DNA of 64,000 bases from Eledone cirrhosa (lineage: Eukaryota). The position numbers were made by a program, and so were the translations under genes. Each line of letters begins with the position of its first letter. Positions within the stretch are counted from its first letter, which is position 1. A model generated the notes under the pieces. The model did not search any database and was not told the DNA's origin. It saw only the letters and a program-made list of their open reading frames with translations. Of this stretch, positions 22,398 through 37,480 are shown piece after piece. The DNA lies in contig OZ024742.1 of the NCBI GenBank assembly GCA_964016885.1, positions 40,300,001 to 40,364,000 of the forward strand, given 5' to 3'.

Positions 22398-23149
22398 CTA
22401 CTTTAACCTATTTGATGCATGGGTGCGTTTCCATGTCTGTGTTTACTTTTGTGTCTGTATTTATGTTTTATAATTTAGTGGTTCAACAAAAAAGAAATTG
22501 GTAAAATATGTACTGGGGTGGATATGATTAACTAAATCAATGTGGTACCCCAGCATGACCACAGTCTAATGAATGAAACCAATAAAAGAATAAAATAATT
22601 ATTGATCATTTGTTACATTTACTGCTACCAATTACATTACCTGTTCTAAACAATCATGAGTCTTGCACATTAATACATTTCAAATATTTTTAAATATTTT
22701 CATAAATTCAATTTTAAACTCAAAATATTTTGATAATTATAAACAATTAATATGTTGTAATGACATTCGCATATGTTACAGAAATATTAAATTCATTATT
22801 GGACAGTCACTGTTAGCAACACTTTTTGCCAACAGTTTGTCTCTCCAGATAGGCTGGTAGTGTCATAAATTCATATTTGTAGGGTGGTCTAATTTCTCAA
22901 TGTATCTCTCTTTATTTAAGATGGTGTGAATGGAGAGATATTTGGTTGCTATTTCTTGCACGGTGAGCAACCTTATAGAGACTCCTTTGTATAATAAAGT
23001 GAACCAGAACTTTTTGGCAGACATGTGGTGGAAGTCTACACAAACTAATTTTTTTATACAAATCTCAGTTATTCCTAAACTATATCCATTTATAGAAGCA
23101 GGTGGAAAAAATACCAGAAAATGTTTCCAAACTCCTGACTAATGCATCC

Positions 23150-23845
23150 ACAATTTCAAATTGGATGAGAGAGATAAGACACAATTGCAATAAAGCTTTA
23201 TGTAAAGTGTGCAATGTTGAAATATGAGCTCACAAAACCAATTTAATAAAGATCGCTTCTTCAGCTAAACATAATGGTGCTGCAATAAACTGAAATCTGT
23301 CTGTAGCAAACTACCAAAACATTTTTTTTTCAGCAGGAAAATAACTAAATTGGAATTGCACAGTAAGCAGCATTTGTAGCTTGTCATGAAAGTAGTCTTA
23401 GCATCGATGGTTTAGGAGAACTTATTAATAAAGGAATTTGTGCATCATCAGTTGCATCTAATAGTTGCGTAAATCAAAATGGATGGCGCTTATTGTTCCA
23501 TCCTTAATGAAAGAAAAAATTGAAGTGATAAGTAATAGTCAGCTCTTCTTGATTGTGGATTGCTGGAAAAAAATGTGTATGTGTGTGTATCTTAGATATT
23601 TCAATAAATGACAAAATACCACAGTTTTTAGGATTAATTCCTGTTATAAAAACCTACCGCTAAAGTATTGCATCAAGTCATGAAAAAGTTCTTGAGTGAT
23701 GTGGGAATTAATATCAAAATTGGTTTTCTATTATATCATACGGAGCTTCTAGACTATGTAGTGTTCATAACACTCTCTATATGTTACTGAAATTAGATAA
23801 TCCAGCCTTGATTTTCATAAAATGCATTGTCACTTTCTCCATTTA
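23150..23845 (+). pseudogene. Highly decayed hAT-like transposase fragment
   Basis: Remnants of the hAT catalytic region across frames (...GAS..., LLKLDNPALIFIKC, then a broken CHxLHL-like motif); many stops. Confidence 0.45.
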
Positions 23846-23849
23846 ACAT

Positions 23850-24344
23850 TCAACTTTTTTTTTATCTCCTAGGGCCCGCATTAGGTGAAAAACTGCGTTT
23901 TTAAAGATGTTTAGGGGTTTTTTTAGGCGTTACGTCAGACCGATTTCCTTGAAATTGTAACTATGTATTAGTCAGTCTCTTCTTCATACTGTAAGCAAAA
24001 GAAAATCCAACTTTCTTATGGCCGCATTAGGTGAAAAACTTCATTTTTTCAGTTTTTTAGGGCCCTTTTGAGGCGTTAAATCTAGCCGATTTTTCCCGAA
24101 ATTTCAAGGCATATTATGCACATAAAAAAAATTCATTTTCTTGATCCCCCAGGGCCCGCATTAGGTGAAAACCTGCAATTTTCCTGCTTCATCGAGGAAA
24201 ATCTTAAAGATTATCCAGTCATCAGATTATTCGGTTTATTTTCTTTACATATTGTCCAGGCATGCAGTTTTTCCACGATTAGGTCTGTTAGCGGCCCTCG
24301 TTCCAAAATACCTTATCTCGTGCAACGCCGGGTACCACTGCTAG
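23850..24344 (+). mobile_element. Non-autonomous Helitron-like element, 3' part
   Basis: Ends ctcgtgcaacgccgggtaccactgCTAG|t, i.e. a sub-terminal GC hairpin plus CTRR before T. Three internal repeats of ccgcattaggtgaaaa; CpG-rich. The 5' boundary is approximate. Confidence 0.65.
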
Positions 24345-25589
24345 TATATAATAAATGATTTAATATATACTATGTATAAATAAATAAGGTGTTTTTTATT
24401 TTACTTTATTTATATATAATATGTATCATTTGATATTTAATATACTATCATATCATCTCTACCACCCCTTAGGCCCCAGCGTCCCCTGGACTTTCTAAAT
24501 GCCCACTTAGCAAACCTCTGATAAAGATAATAAGGAAGATGAAGAAATGTAAAAATACTAAAAGTAACAAAGATGACATTAATAATAATAATAATTTCTG
24601 ATTTAGGCACAATGCCAACAATTTTGGGGGAGGAAAAGTCGATTAAATAAATCGACCCAGTACGTTACTGGTGCTTTATTTTATCGACCTCATAAGAGTG
24701 AAAGGAAAAGCTAACTACGGTGTGATTTGAACTCAAAACATAAAGGGACATAACTCTATTCTGCAAAGCTCTGACACTGGCAATCCACTACACTAAAGAT
24801 GTGGATAAATCTTTTGCCTTTTACTAAAGATGACAGTAATAAAAGAAATAATAATGCTGATAATAATAATCTTAATAACAATAATAATGATTTCAGATTT
24901 AGGCACAAGGCCAACAATTTTGAGGGGAGAGGTAAGTCAATTAAATTGAGCCCAGTGCGTTACTGGTACTTTATTTTATTGACCCCCGTAAGGATGAAAG
25001 GCAAAGCTAATCTCGGCAGGATTTGAACTCAGTTTAATAACACCAGCCACTTTACAGTGTGTACTCAGGGCTTTTATGTAACACCAGCACTATGACTGTA
25101 CAGGGTGGACTGGGTGTATTTAATCATGTCATCAGTGTTATGTGCATATTATATCAACTTAACTCATTGATCTCGTGTTAGGAGACCTGATTGTAGACCA
25201 TTGTATAGGAGGCCGATGATAAAATAGAACATTCTACATTTCTGACAGTTAATCTGAGATAATGGGGAATATAGTAAATGGATCTGTTGTCTTAAACATC
25301 TAATATTTAATTGCTCAATTGACTGCATTTCCTACTTATTAAATTAACATCAAAGTGTTTGAATATTCCACAGACACATGCACTGTCAATGCAACCCCAC
25401 CCTCCCAGTAGAATCAATGGAAAATATATGTTAAAATCTAAGCACAGACCACAGGAAGAACAGACACTGGAAAATCTGAGCAAAACAATCACAGGAACAT
25501 CCCTTTTTTCCTCATCAGCTGTTCACTGGAAATCACTCCGATTTCTGTGTATTTTATATAGATAGTATTGTTCATCCAAGTGTACCACC

Positions 25590-25900
25590 AACTAATGGAA
25601 ATTAGTTGCTAAGGAAGTAGAGGCGCTACTTCTCTGAATTGAGGGATCACAGTTCTGATACTATGGGGATGCTGTTAGAATGTCTCAGGAAAGAATTGTT
25701 GGACAGATTTTACAGGCAAAACCAACTGGCAGGAGATCCAGGGGTAGACCTCGAGCAAGATGGCTGGATAACATCCATGAGATGGCTGGTCTGCTTGGAG
25801 ATCTAGCTGGATCAGTTGGAGACAGTTACTTCTGATAGGACCCGCTGGAAAGAGTGTTTGAGGACTCTACCACATGACCCTCTCAGGAATAAATGGGCAA
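25590..25900 (+). mobile_element. Decayed RTE-like LINE 3' end
   Basis: Translates to ILQAKPTGRRSRGRPRARWLDNI, an RTE C-terminal signature. Confidence 0.6.
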
Positions 25901-26477
25901 AGAAGAAAGGAATAAGGCAGTCCAAGGTGAGGTAAAAAGGAAAATATCAAATTACTACTTCCCATATAATTCTAGCAGAAAGTGGTTTTCATTTGATTAT
26001 GTGTTTTATTATTATGATATATATATATATATTCAAATCTTGTGATCTTAAAATTCCACAAGAGAGGCAGAATTCAATATTGATAATATATAAGAAAATG
26101 CTTAAATAAATTTATGTATGTTCATGTATGCATATATGTGTGTCTAGGGTAATCCATGCTGGATTTCCAAAAGATGGAAGAATTCCAGGAAATGAATTAA
26201 GTGGGTGTCCGTGTAAGCATAGAAAATGTATTCATAAGATATTAAGCAATGCAAAGAAAAGAAAATTACAATCACAATGGTATTAGTTTAATGCTTGAAG
26301 AGAATAGAATTGAAATGTTAAAGACATTTATATATTTCTATCTGTTCTCTTGAAGCATTAAAATAATACTATTATTATTGTAATTTTGTTCTCCATGTGT
26401 TAGTTAATTACTTTGAATATAAATATGTGTGTGTGTGTGTGCGGGTGTGTGTGTGTGTGTGTGCATGTGTGTGTGTA

Positions 26478-27620
26478 GCACAGCAGAGCCATTAAAGCCA
26501 AGAGACAGGCATGGAAAGTCTGGAAAATGGGAGGAGGGGAGGCAACAACTGGTACATGGTAGAGCTATGCAACAGGTATACAGAGCACAAAAAGAGGCCG
26601 AAAGAAGGAGGTGTGCCAATGTCTTGTGACATGAAGATCAGAAGTGTGTCAATGTAAAGCAGGATATTTTGGGGGAAACCTGTAATCGAAATGACACTGG
26701 TGCACTTATCATCATTGATACTTAAAAGAAAGGAGCCTGGAAATGCTGCAATGACAGGTTAATGGATGTGGAGAACGAATGGGAAGAAGAAAAGCTACCC
26801 AACTGACCCAACAGAGGGACCAGCTATCAATATTGCCAGATATAGAGCAAAGAAGTAAGCAAGGAGATGAAAAATAGCAAAACTGCAGAACTGCATGAGA
26901 TAGTCACTGAGATGCTGAAAGTATCTGAGAAAGTAGGAGTTGAAATAGTCACCCACAATAATCAATAAGATAATACAGTATGGGGTCAGACCCAATGACT
27001 AGTGTAGCAGCATAATCATTAATTGCTTCAAGGGAAAAGGTGCTGCTCTAGAAAGAAGCAACTACAGGGAAATGAAACTAACTGATCAAGTCAAGAAAGT
27101 GATGAAAAGAGTTCTAGCACAACTAATTAGGGAAAGAGTCAAATTTGGTGCAATTTGGTTTTATACTGAGAAGAAGCACCACAAATGATCACTTTTTTGT
27201 AAGACAACTACAAGAAAAGTTTTTAGCTAAGTGTAAGCCTCTATATCTAGCTTTTGGTGATCTAGAGAAAGCTTTTGACAGAGTACCTTGATCGGTCATC
27301 TGGTGGTCCTTAAAGGAACTAGGCACAGAAGAGTTGCATGTAAGAGCAGTGCAAGACTTGTACAAAGGAGCTGTAATAGGAAGTGAGTTTAGTGAGGAAT
27401 TCAAGGAAGAGGTAGGAGTGCATCAAGTTTCAATTCTTAGCTCACTTCTCTTTATCCTAGTCCACCAGGCCATAACAGGAATTTAAGACTAGTTACCTGT
27501 GGGGGACTTCTGTATGCTAATGATCTGACACTCATAGCAAAAACTAGGGAATAAATTCTGGCTGTGGGAACAGAACTTAAAATCTAAAGGACTTAGAGTA
27601 AATTTAGCCAAAAACAATTT
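26478..27620 (+). mobile_element. Decayed RTE family 2 RT fragment
   Basis: FKGKGAALERSNYR, FVRQLQEKFLAK, DLEKAFDRVP, GVHQ and LYANDL, with many stops and frameshifts. Confidence 0.8.
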
Positions 27621-27907
27621 TGGCTTCTAGGAATCTTTCAATTAAACCCCGATAACTGTTTCTGATGACAGACAAAACTTAGTGGGTGAATATTTGGGGA
27701 GGATATGGACACTGAAATTCCATGATGGACACAAAGTCAACTGACTACACCAATTATATATATGTGTATCCCGGGTTCAATCGGGGTAACCACAAGTAAG
27801 TAAGGTACGCAATACATAACCGAGTATAAATATAGAAATATAGAAGCCATTTCTATATTGAATATATATATTTCAAACTATATTGAATATATATATTTCT
27901 CATTCTT

Positions 27908-27943
27908 TCTTCTGATGAAGGACTAGTGTCTGAAATGTTAAGA
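27908..27943 (+). ncRNA. Minimal hammerhead remnant of the PLE pLTR type, probably CpG-decayed
   Basis: tctt-CTGATGA-a ggac tagt gtct-GAAA-tg-TT-aaga. A likely ancestor is gtccGAAAcgtt. Lies in a segment flanked by TA repeats. Confidence 0.6.
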
Positions 27944-28027
27944 CCCTCTTCCTGCTATATCAAGCGTTAACCTAATATATCCCTTCCATATACTGTACCG
28001 ATTGTGTTGTTATTTCTGTTTACCTTT

Positions 28028-28073
<46 letters not shown>

Positions 28074-28077
<4 letters not shown>

Positions 28078-28769
28078 TGTGTATATGTACATACATATAT
28101 GTATACAGGCGTACAGTAGTATGTATATATATACATACATGCACACATACATATATATGTACGTATGGGTTTACCGAACATTTATTATAATGTTCGGTTT
28201 GTTTGTAAACAAACAGCCCGAATTACGCCATACAGTGTTCGGCAACCATCGTTGCCCTTTTGTTCAACACTGACAAAGGAACGATGAACTAGTTTTAAGC
28301 TTATTAGCTATCGTCAGCACTGTATACCTTCCTGTCAGATGATTGAATGTTTGAAAGTATATACTTTCCTCATGCATATTAACGGCTGAGCAGCCTAATT
28401 TGCATATCGAGTGAGTTAGTCGGCCGGGCGTACCGAAAACGATAAATGGGAAAGAATGAAACGGAATTTCCTTTCTCACTCTTAGTACGGCTGTTACTTA
28501 AATATAAGTATGTATATGTACATACATATATGTATACAGACATACAGTAGTATGTATATATATACATACATGCACACACATATATATGGGTTTACCGAAC
28601 ATAAATGTTCGGTAAACCCATAAGTACATATATATATGTATGCATGTATGTATATACATACTACTGTACGTCTGTATACATATATGTATGTACGTATACA
28701 TACTTATATTTAAGTATCAGCCGTACTAAGAGTGAGAAAGGAAATTTCGTTTCATTCTTTTCCATTTAT
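28074..28769. mobile_element. Unclassified element with a direct repeat and a terminal fold-back
   Basis: Inverted arms 28442-28602 and 28605-28769; 28074-28182 is a direct copy of 28505-28603; flanked by (TA)n. Confidence 0.8.
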
Positions 28770-30879
28770 ATATATATATCTATACACATACATACACAGA
28801 TATATGTGTGTGTGTTTATGTGTATAATCATCATCATTTATCAACCATTTTCCCTTCTAGAAAGGTTGGATATGTTTTCACAGAACGTGTCAGTACTCAA
28901 GCAAGCTTACTCAAGATCCACTATTAGATTATGATATTAGAAAAATATATATAGATAATTAAATTTGCTAATATAAGATTCTATCGGTATCTTGGCACCT
29001 TTAATTTTCTAATGCATTGTAGGGTTTTTTAAATTATTTAAATTCAACAATGCTTCAAGCAAACTACAACACTCTGATATATACAGATATAATAAAGTAT
29101 ATTATATGTGTAGAGGGAAAACAGAAGGGATAAGTGTTACTAATATAGTGAGTATTAAATCATACTGGTTTCTGATTTAGGAGGGGGAAAGTCAATTAAA
29201 TCGTCCCCAGTGTATTACTAGTACTTTATTTTATCGACGGATGTAAGGATGAAAGGCAAAGTTAACCTCAGTGGGATTTGAACTCAGAATGCAAAGAGCC
29301 ATAACTCTATGTCGCTAAGTATGTTGTCTAACACTTTACCGATTCTGCCAATCCAATTTTTGTAAACAATGTATGGAATATCACCTGCAATAACACCAGT
29401 CAGCAAGGTACTATAGATAAAGATTCTAAGCTAATGTTTATTTACCAAAAGTTATCTTAGTTTAATAATGACAATCTATTTATGAAAGATTAAATTTTTT
29501 CTCATGTTAATGAAGTTTTAGAAACATTATTAGTAATCAATATAAATTATGAAATGTTGTATTGGATGTAAACTGAGAAGGAAATATAGGAACATTAGGA
29601 AGAGAAAAGGAACAATTAATTCTCAATTCTCTATTAATTTCACTAAGTTATTAAATGTGAATGCACATACTGCTATATATTTAGTGGTTTTCAGAGCTTA
29701 TAATGTTAGTATAGAGAATGAATGGAGTAAGGTAAACCTTTAGAAGTCATTATTGAATGATCTATGGAGTATTTTATTAAATAAGATAGTATATCTTATA
29801 CAATATACTTTATCATAAATTTGTTAGTTATGAATTTATCTTTATTTAGAATCATATCATAAATAATGCATATAAATATTAACTAAAAAAGAAATTTAAT
29901 TAAATATACATTATGTTAACCATAGGTATAAATTTCAAATGAGGAAAATTAAATTTATTTTAGTTAATTACTCATTAAGATTAAATTGTCCCTTGCGCTA
30001 GAAACATATTTTAAGAATAATGAGTTAAAGGTGAAGGTGTTTGCCTTAGTGGTTAGAGTGTTGTGAGTTCAATTCCTTGACTGGATGGTGCATTGTGTTA
30101 AAAAAAAGACACTTCATTTCACATTGTATCAGTTCACTGGTGCCAAGCTGTATAGAATTTTGCCATTTCTTTGGACTACGTTGGTGGCATGGGCAAATGC
30201 TGGTCTTTGACAAAAAACACCTTGTCCAGACTTGTGCCTTAGAGGGAAACCTTCTGGGTGCAAAAACCCTTGATCATTTGTGACCAAAATGGGTCTTAAG
30301 AACATGGATCACCAACTAAAAGAGCCTAGTTTTAAGAGATAGGACTGAATCAAAATTTTACTATATAAATAATAGAATTAAAGAATATTAAATATTGTTA
30401 AATAATTATAATAATCACCTAAGATGATAAAATAACTATTACCTATAGGGTCATCAAGGCTTCATGACATAATGAAAAATATGAACATTTTACATAAGAA
30501 GTTATTTATTCAATTGTAATCATTTAACTATAATAAATATTCAAATAACTAGTTAATTTTGTAATGTGAATGGTTAGGTAATTCCAAAGGAAAAGTTAAC
30601 ATTCAATATTAAATTACTAATTATAAAGGCCCGTCTAACTCATGCTAGCATGGAAGAACGGACATAAAACGGTGATGATGATGATGATGAAAGGAGCAAA
30701 GGTTAAAAATATTTATTAATGTTTACTGAGGGTCAAGTTTCAAAATTCAAAAGCTAAAGAAAAATGTTAAAGAACTTAATCCTAAAACTGTGGAATCAAT
30801 TCATGAGAATTTAAAGATAAAATGAAAATTCTTCAAATAGGAAAAGAAGTTGTAATATCTATGGAGTATCATAGACAAT

Positions 30880-31620
30880 TCCAAAGAAAGATATACATAT
30901 CTCATGTGTGCAGCAAAGAATAACTTCCTGCTTGCAATTCAAAAGTTTTAAATCAGATATAGTTATTTCCAGATTTGACATTGTTAGGTATAGACTACTG
31001 TAAGTTATATTCAATACTGAAACCATACAAATTCCAAATAAGCTGTGCAAGTGAAACAGCTTTTTTCTTTTTTTCATTTCTAAAAGAATTTAAATGTAAA
31101 TAGTACCATTACTTGAATGCTTTAGATATTGCTCCTATATAAGAATTTCTAATATTTGCTGTGATATCTGTACATTTATACACTACATTTTGTTTAAGAC
31201 AATGTCCTTTAAGAGGGTAATCCTCAGAGATTCTACAATTACATTCCAAAGTAGCTGTTTTAAAGTTTGTTGATATTGAAGATAGCATGATGTTATGATG
31301 GATAGACCTGTTAGAGGTGGAGATAAAAAAACATATTTTCATTTTATTAGATTCACAATTTGCTACTTCAGATTTATTTTTTAGCTTAGCTAATAGATTA
31401 TTTAATATAATTTTGTTGCACTGTTATTGGAAATGTCCATATATCTTTTAACTTTCTTATGTTCTTGTGTTTGATATCAAAATAATACCTTTGGTATATA
31501 AGACAATATTTGGTTTCCAGGGAGGATTATAACAAGTAATTTTTCTTTTCTATTTCTTTTATTAATAGGTACTTTTTGATTATTATTATTTGGGTGAATA
31601 TTGTGTTCAGTCCTAATATG
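30880..31620 (-). pseudogene. Decayed Penelope-like GIY-YIG fragment homologous to 15510-16376
   Basis: RKITCYNPPW, CNCRISEDYPLKGHCLKQNVVYKC...YIGA...FK and LLNCKQEVILCCTH. Confidence 0.75.
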
Positions 31621-32659
31621 TTTAGGGCTAAAATTATTATCTATAGTAAGGTTATATTTATCTATGTATAATGCAGACTTTTTATCCTAGGAATTTATAA
31701 GCACACATATGTAAACACCACTGCAAATGACTTTATTGCAACACACAATCATATATATGTATATAGATATGCACTCACACACACAATGTAAACATCACTT
31801 ACACAACTTACTCATACACATTTACCTATATATACACACATATACACAATAAACTTGATAAAAAAAAAAACTGACTCAAAAGTGTAAGCTCAATTTCACA
31901 CACATACCACTGCATTTATTTGCATGCACGTATATGGCTTAGTGGATAGGGTGTTTGGCTTGTGATGGTGAGGTCATGCGTTTGATTCCTGGTGTCATGC
32001 TGTGTCCTTGAGAAAACACTTTATTTCATCCTGCTTCAGTTCATTCAACAGGCAAAAATGAGTTATACATGTAATTCAGAGGGCCAGCCACACACTGTGT
32101 CATGCTGAATCTCTCTGCAAACTATGTTAAAGGTACATATGCAATTCTCAGGGAGATTCAGTATAAGACAGTGAATGACAAGGCTGATCTTATGAAATAT
32201 GGGTACAACGCATTTTTGTCAGCTAAGTAGACTGGAGCAACATGAAATACAGTGTCTTGCTTAAGGACAAAGTACTTCACTGGGAATCGCACTCCTGATG
32301 ATATGATCACGAGGAAAACATCCTAAGTCATGTGCTTTCACACACACATACATACACACATGTATACACATACTTAATACAATATACTTGATACAAAACT
32401 GATTTGAAGATGTAAGCTGCGTTTCACACACTCAACACCACTATGCACACATTTACACACATACATTTACATATGTATACACATATACACATATGAAAAC
32501 ATATTCAGACTTATGTATATGCACATACACACTTACGTATACACATTACACATATACACACTTATGTATACACATTATACACATATACACTTGTAAAGAC
32601 ATATTCAGACTTATGTAAACACATATACACACTTACATATACACACTTACGTACACACA

Positions 32660-33250
32660 TTTATGTATGCACATATACACACTATGTACACACATTTATC
32701 TATGCACATATATACACTATGTACACACATTTATCTATGCACATATACACACTTACGTACACACATTTATGTATGCACATATACACACTATGTACACACA
32801 TTTATGTATGCACATATACACACTATGTACACACATTTATGTATGCACATATACACACTATGTACACACATTTATCTATGCACATATATACACTATGTAC
32901 ACACATTTATCTATGCACATATACACACTATGTACACACATTTATGTATGCACATATACACACTATGTACACACATTTATCTATGCACATATATACACTA
33001 TGTACACACATTTATCTATGCACATATACACACTATGTACACACATTTATGTATGCACATATACACACTATATGTACACACATTTATGTATGCACATATA
33101 CACACTATATATACACATTTATGTATGCACATATACACACTATGTACACACATTTATTTATGCACATATACACACTATATATACACATTTATGTATACAC
33201 ATTTACACACTATATATACACATTTATGTATACACATTTACACACTATGT
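32660..33250. repeat. 35-bp minisatellite (ctatgtacacacatttatgtatgcacatatacaca)n
   Basis: Period of 35 (cactat at 32680 and 32715), roughly 16 units, with degenerate units upstream. Confidence 0.9.
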
Positions 33251-33518
33251 ATACAGACACAATACAAAAAAGTTGATAGACAACTGATTCAAAAGTGTAA
33301 GATTGAATACCACACCCATACACACACTACCACATAGATTTACAAGCATCAATATATACACACAATATATACACACAATAAACTTTGTAAAAAAAAAAAA
33401 AAAATATACGTTTTTTTTTCAATACTAAACTTCAGCTTGAATTTTTGTCCTGTTATATAACCTGGGTCATTTATTAACTGAAATCCTGTTGAGATGTATC
33501 TCTCTCTCTATCCTTCTC

Positions 33519-33558
<40 letters not shown>

Positions 33559-34263
33559 TTTGGAAAATAAACAATTAAAAATATAAACACCTTAAAAATG
33601 TTGGTGTATTTAATACCTCAGTGCATTCTTGTAAGATGTTGGCAAATACAAATACATTTCTATTTCTTTCTATACACCTTTTCTTCTTCTTTTTTCCCAT
33701 TTCCTTCTATTTCTTCTCTTCCTACTTCAAATATTTGGTAGCATACCATCTTTGAAATGAAGGGAAGTGCTATGTTGCACATGGTTGCATCTTTGTTAAA
33801 TAACAGGCAATGGCATTAACCAAGCTGTTTTCTTTTGACTAATTCTGCAAACACATACACAAAGATACACACAAAAATGCACATACACGAATGTATGCAC
33901 ACATGCAGATATATATGCATATACATACACATATGAAACACATACAGTGTTTCATACACATATGAAACACATACAGTGCAAGCTCACAAACACACAGATG
34001 CACACTCCAACACAGATGCATATATATATATATACACACACACAGATGAAGATACACAAAGATAAATGCACACTCACAGAACTACATGCACATACATATA
34101 CACACATGTGTGCATAAATGTAGATGTGCATGTAATGAGTTTGGCATTAACAGGCAGTAATTTCTAAACTGTATCTTTACACACATAGATGCATACATCC
34201 ATACACATACATATACACATACATTAGGTATGGTTAATAAAGAAACAAATCTTGTACACACGC

Positions 34264-34297
<34 letters not shown>

Positions 34298-34789
34298 GCA
34301 TGGCATACACTCCTCTGTTTAAATAATGTGAGCAATGCACTTGCAGAGCGAGTATTTTAAAAGCTTATAACATACACACAGGCACGTGTGTGTGTATGTG
34401 TGTGTGTCTGTGTGTGTGTGTGTGTGTATGTGTGTGTGTGTGTGTGTACATACACTGGGAATGACATCAATAGTGCATCAAATTTAAATTTATTCAATAC
34501 ACATATACAAACATGGAAGCTTATATATACATACATACACATTGTGAGACACTTCTTCATAGAATAGGTTTTACTAAGGAATGTCAAACACAGAAAACCC
34601 AATGCACCCATATATGCACACAGTTCCATGCACATATACATGTTTATGGATCTCCATCACCATTTGATTATCATCTTCTTCAATTGTAAATCCTTTGGTG
34701 GCTGTACATTAGGGCGTTCCATTTTTCAAACTATTCACCAATCAACTCATGTTGATTGTACCCACATTTCAGTGGATAAAATAACGAAG

Positions 34790-35495
34790 TATGCTAAATC
34801 ATAGGTCAATAAAATAACATTTAAAGGTTGCACACTTTCACATCCTTTTATTTATGAGAACAAGTAAGCACAAAGAACATATGTGAAATACATTCAGTTG
34901 CCAGAGAGGATCCCTAGAAATTGTTGAAGGCTTTTGTTACTTAAGCAACTTAATCAACAGTGGGAGAGGATGCTCTGAAAGTGTGATAATCAAGATAAGA
35001 ATGGGCTGGAAGAAGTTTAGTGAGCCAGTGCCTCTGCTGACAACAAAGTACTTCCCTCTCAGATCAAAGTATGGATTATACAATGCCTGCATGTGAAGTG
35101 CAATGCCACATGGCAGTGAAACATGGGCCTTGACTGCAGAAGATCAGTGAAGGCTAGAAAGAAATGAAGTGAGTATGTTACAATGGATGTGTAATGTTAG
35201 TGTGTATGGCAGCATAAGCAAACTGAGGCAACAACTAAGCATAAAAGCAATCTGATGCAGTGTACAAGAGAAAAGATTGTTTTAATATGGACATGTGATG
35301 CATATGAAAGTTGATAGCTATATAACGTGCTGAGAAATCTCAGTGGATAGGGCTAGTGAAAGAGGTAGACCTAGAAAGACATGGGGTGAAGTTGTGAAGA
35401 CTGACCGTAATAAGCTGAACCTCATAATAGAAATGATTAAGGACCATGAAGATCGGTGTCATGTTTGATTTGTAAAAGACCACCTACCATAATAT
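34790..35495 (+). mobile_element. Decayed RTE family 2 fragment
   Basis: SLEIVEGFCYL, RIRMGWKKF, HGSETWAL and GRPRKTW remnants. Confidence 0.8.
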
Positions 35496-36929
35496 GTGAC
35501 CTAACTCATCAACATGCCCCCACCGATTGTAATTATCTTCATCCTCACTTTTCATTCACTCCTACCCTCACTATACCCAGGACCACTTCCATCTTGTTTA
35601 AGTGTTAAACCACAAGTCATAACTCCTTAGTAGCTGTTTGCATCATCCCTATAGCCCCCTCCTCTGTTTTAATCACCATATACCCTCCCCTACTTCTCAA
35701 CTTGTCTATTCTCACCACACCTATCAATTAATCATTTTCTGATACCTTCCCCCACCACACCTCTCATACACCCATCACATTACATTTATCCTCCCCATCA
35801 CTCATTGCCCACAACTCATTGCCCCTTACTAATAGCATACTTCCTATTTTCCCCCACCATAGGGTAGGGAAGGCTCATTGGTCAAGTTAATGATTGGCAC
35901 CCTCCCTACTGCTAATGCCATGATAAAATACATTCAATACACCCTGTAAAGTGCTCAGTGTTTGGAAAAGCTACCAACTATAGAAACAATGCCAGAAAGA
36001 TTGAGAGCTCCCTCCAGACATGACATGGCAACTCTTCTAGTGCTGGTGCCCCCCAAAATGCACCCTGCACACCCTGTAAGCGAGTTGCAGATAGTAAGAG
36101 AATCCAACAATAGAAACCATGCCAAACAAATTGTGAGGAGGTCTCTTCAGTTATGTCAAAAACATGACAACTTCTCTTGTGCTGGTGCCGTGATAAAATG
36201 CATCCAATTCAGTCTGTCAGGGGCATGAAGGTAAGTAAGTGAAAAGTAAGTTACTTGTCCATCTGAAAAGACAGTAGCTCTGATTAAGTGCTGATTTGGT
36301 CTGTGAAAACCCATCCAACCCTTACTAGCAGGGAAAACGAATGTTAAAGGATAATGATGATAAATATATATATATATACACATACAAATATACATAAATA
36401 CATACATGCATACATAGATACAATAAATAAAAATAATTTAAGGAAGCCAATGGCATGGATTTGAATAATATAATTGGAGTGTTGTATACATAATAAATTC
36501 TCAAATGTTTGAAATTTCCTTCTGAAAATGAGACACTTAACAAAATCCTTGCAGCAATTGTAAGCCACTGACACAAAGAACAAGAAATAATTCTTAATTC
36601 TATTAAATTTTCCTTCAGTGGCAGGATAAAAGAAAAACCTAACAATGACAACCGTGAAAATTACTAATGGCAAAAATATATACCTAATTCTTTGTAGGCA
36701 TTGAGAATACTAGGCAGGACTTGGATAAATTAGGAATTCTTTATTGCCACTCCCATAGGAAATTGCTTTAAACAAAGGTATAAATAACTATTATATTTGT
36801 TTTCTATGATTTATAGTTTGTTATCATATTTCTAATGAAAGATATTTGCCTATGGTATTCAGATAATTTTAAAAATTAATCAGGTTGGATGCATAGAAGT
36901 GGTTGATGGCTTTTGCTACCTAGTTGATT

Positions 36930-37480
36930 TACTTAGCAGTGGAGGACAGTGCTCTGTGAGCATAGTAGCTAGAATAAGGACAGGATGGAAGAAGTTTAGG
37001 GAACTACTACCTGTTGACAAAAAAGTTTTTCTCCTACGAACCAAAGGTCAGAGGTATGATACCTGTGTGTAAAGTGTGATACTGCATTTCACTGAGACAT
37101 GGGTAGTGAACGGATAGGCTATGCAAAGACTGGAGAAAAATGTAGCAAGCATGCTTTGGTGGATGTGCACTGTCATATGCAAGTATGATAAAGGATGGAT
37201 GAAATGAGAGGGTAATTGGGTACAAGAGGAATCAGATGTAGTGTGCAGGAGAGGAGACTGCAATGATATGGACATAAATGATAATCACAAGGTGAAAGAG
37301 TGTCAATAAATCCAAGTGGAGGGAAACCAAAGTAGATGAAGACCAAGGAAGACCTGGGTGGAGGTGGTGAGAGTTGATCTTAAATTGCTGAGGCTCACAG
37401 AGAAAATGAAGGAGATGTGCTGAGAAAGACTCATCCACTCCATGCAAGTATGGAACTGTGAGTGTAAAATGATGATGATG
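36930..37480 (+). mobile_element. Decayed RTE family 2 3' fragment with (GAT)n tail
   Basis: ARIRTGWKKFRELL and RPRKTW remnants, then the catgcaagtatggaa...gatgatgat tail. Confidence 0.75.

Noticed and set aside
28335-28370. Hammerhead in the 28074-28769 element (cagatga...gaaagtatatacttt)
   Set aside because: The core is imperfect and neither stem I nor stem II pairs.
32663-33337. ORFs of about 200 aa in all three plus frames
   Set aside because: Translation of a stop-free 35-bp minisatellite.
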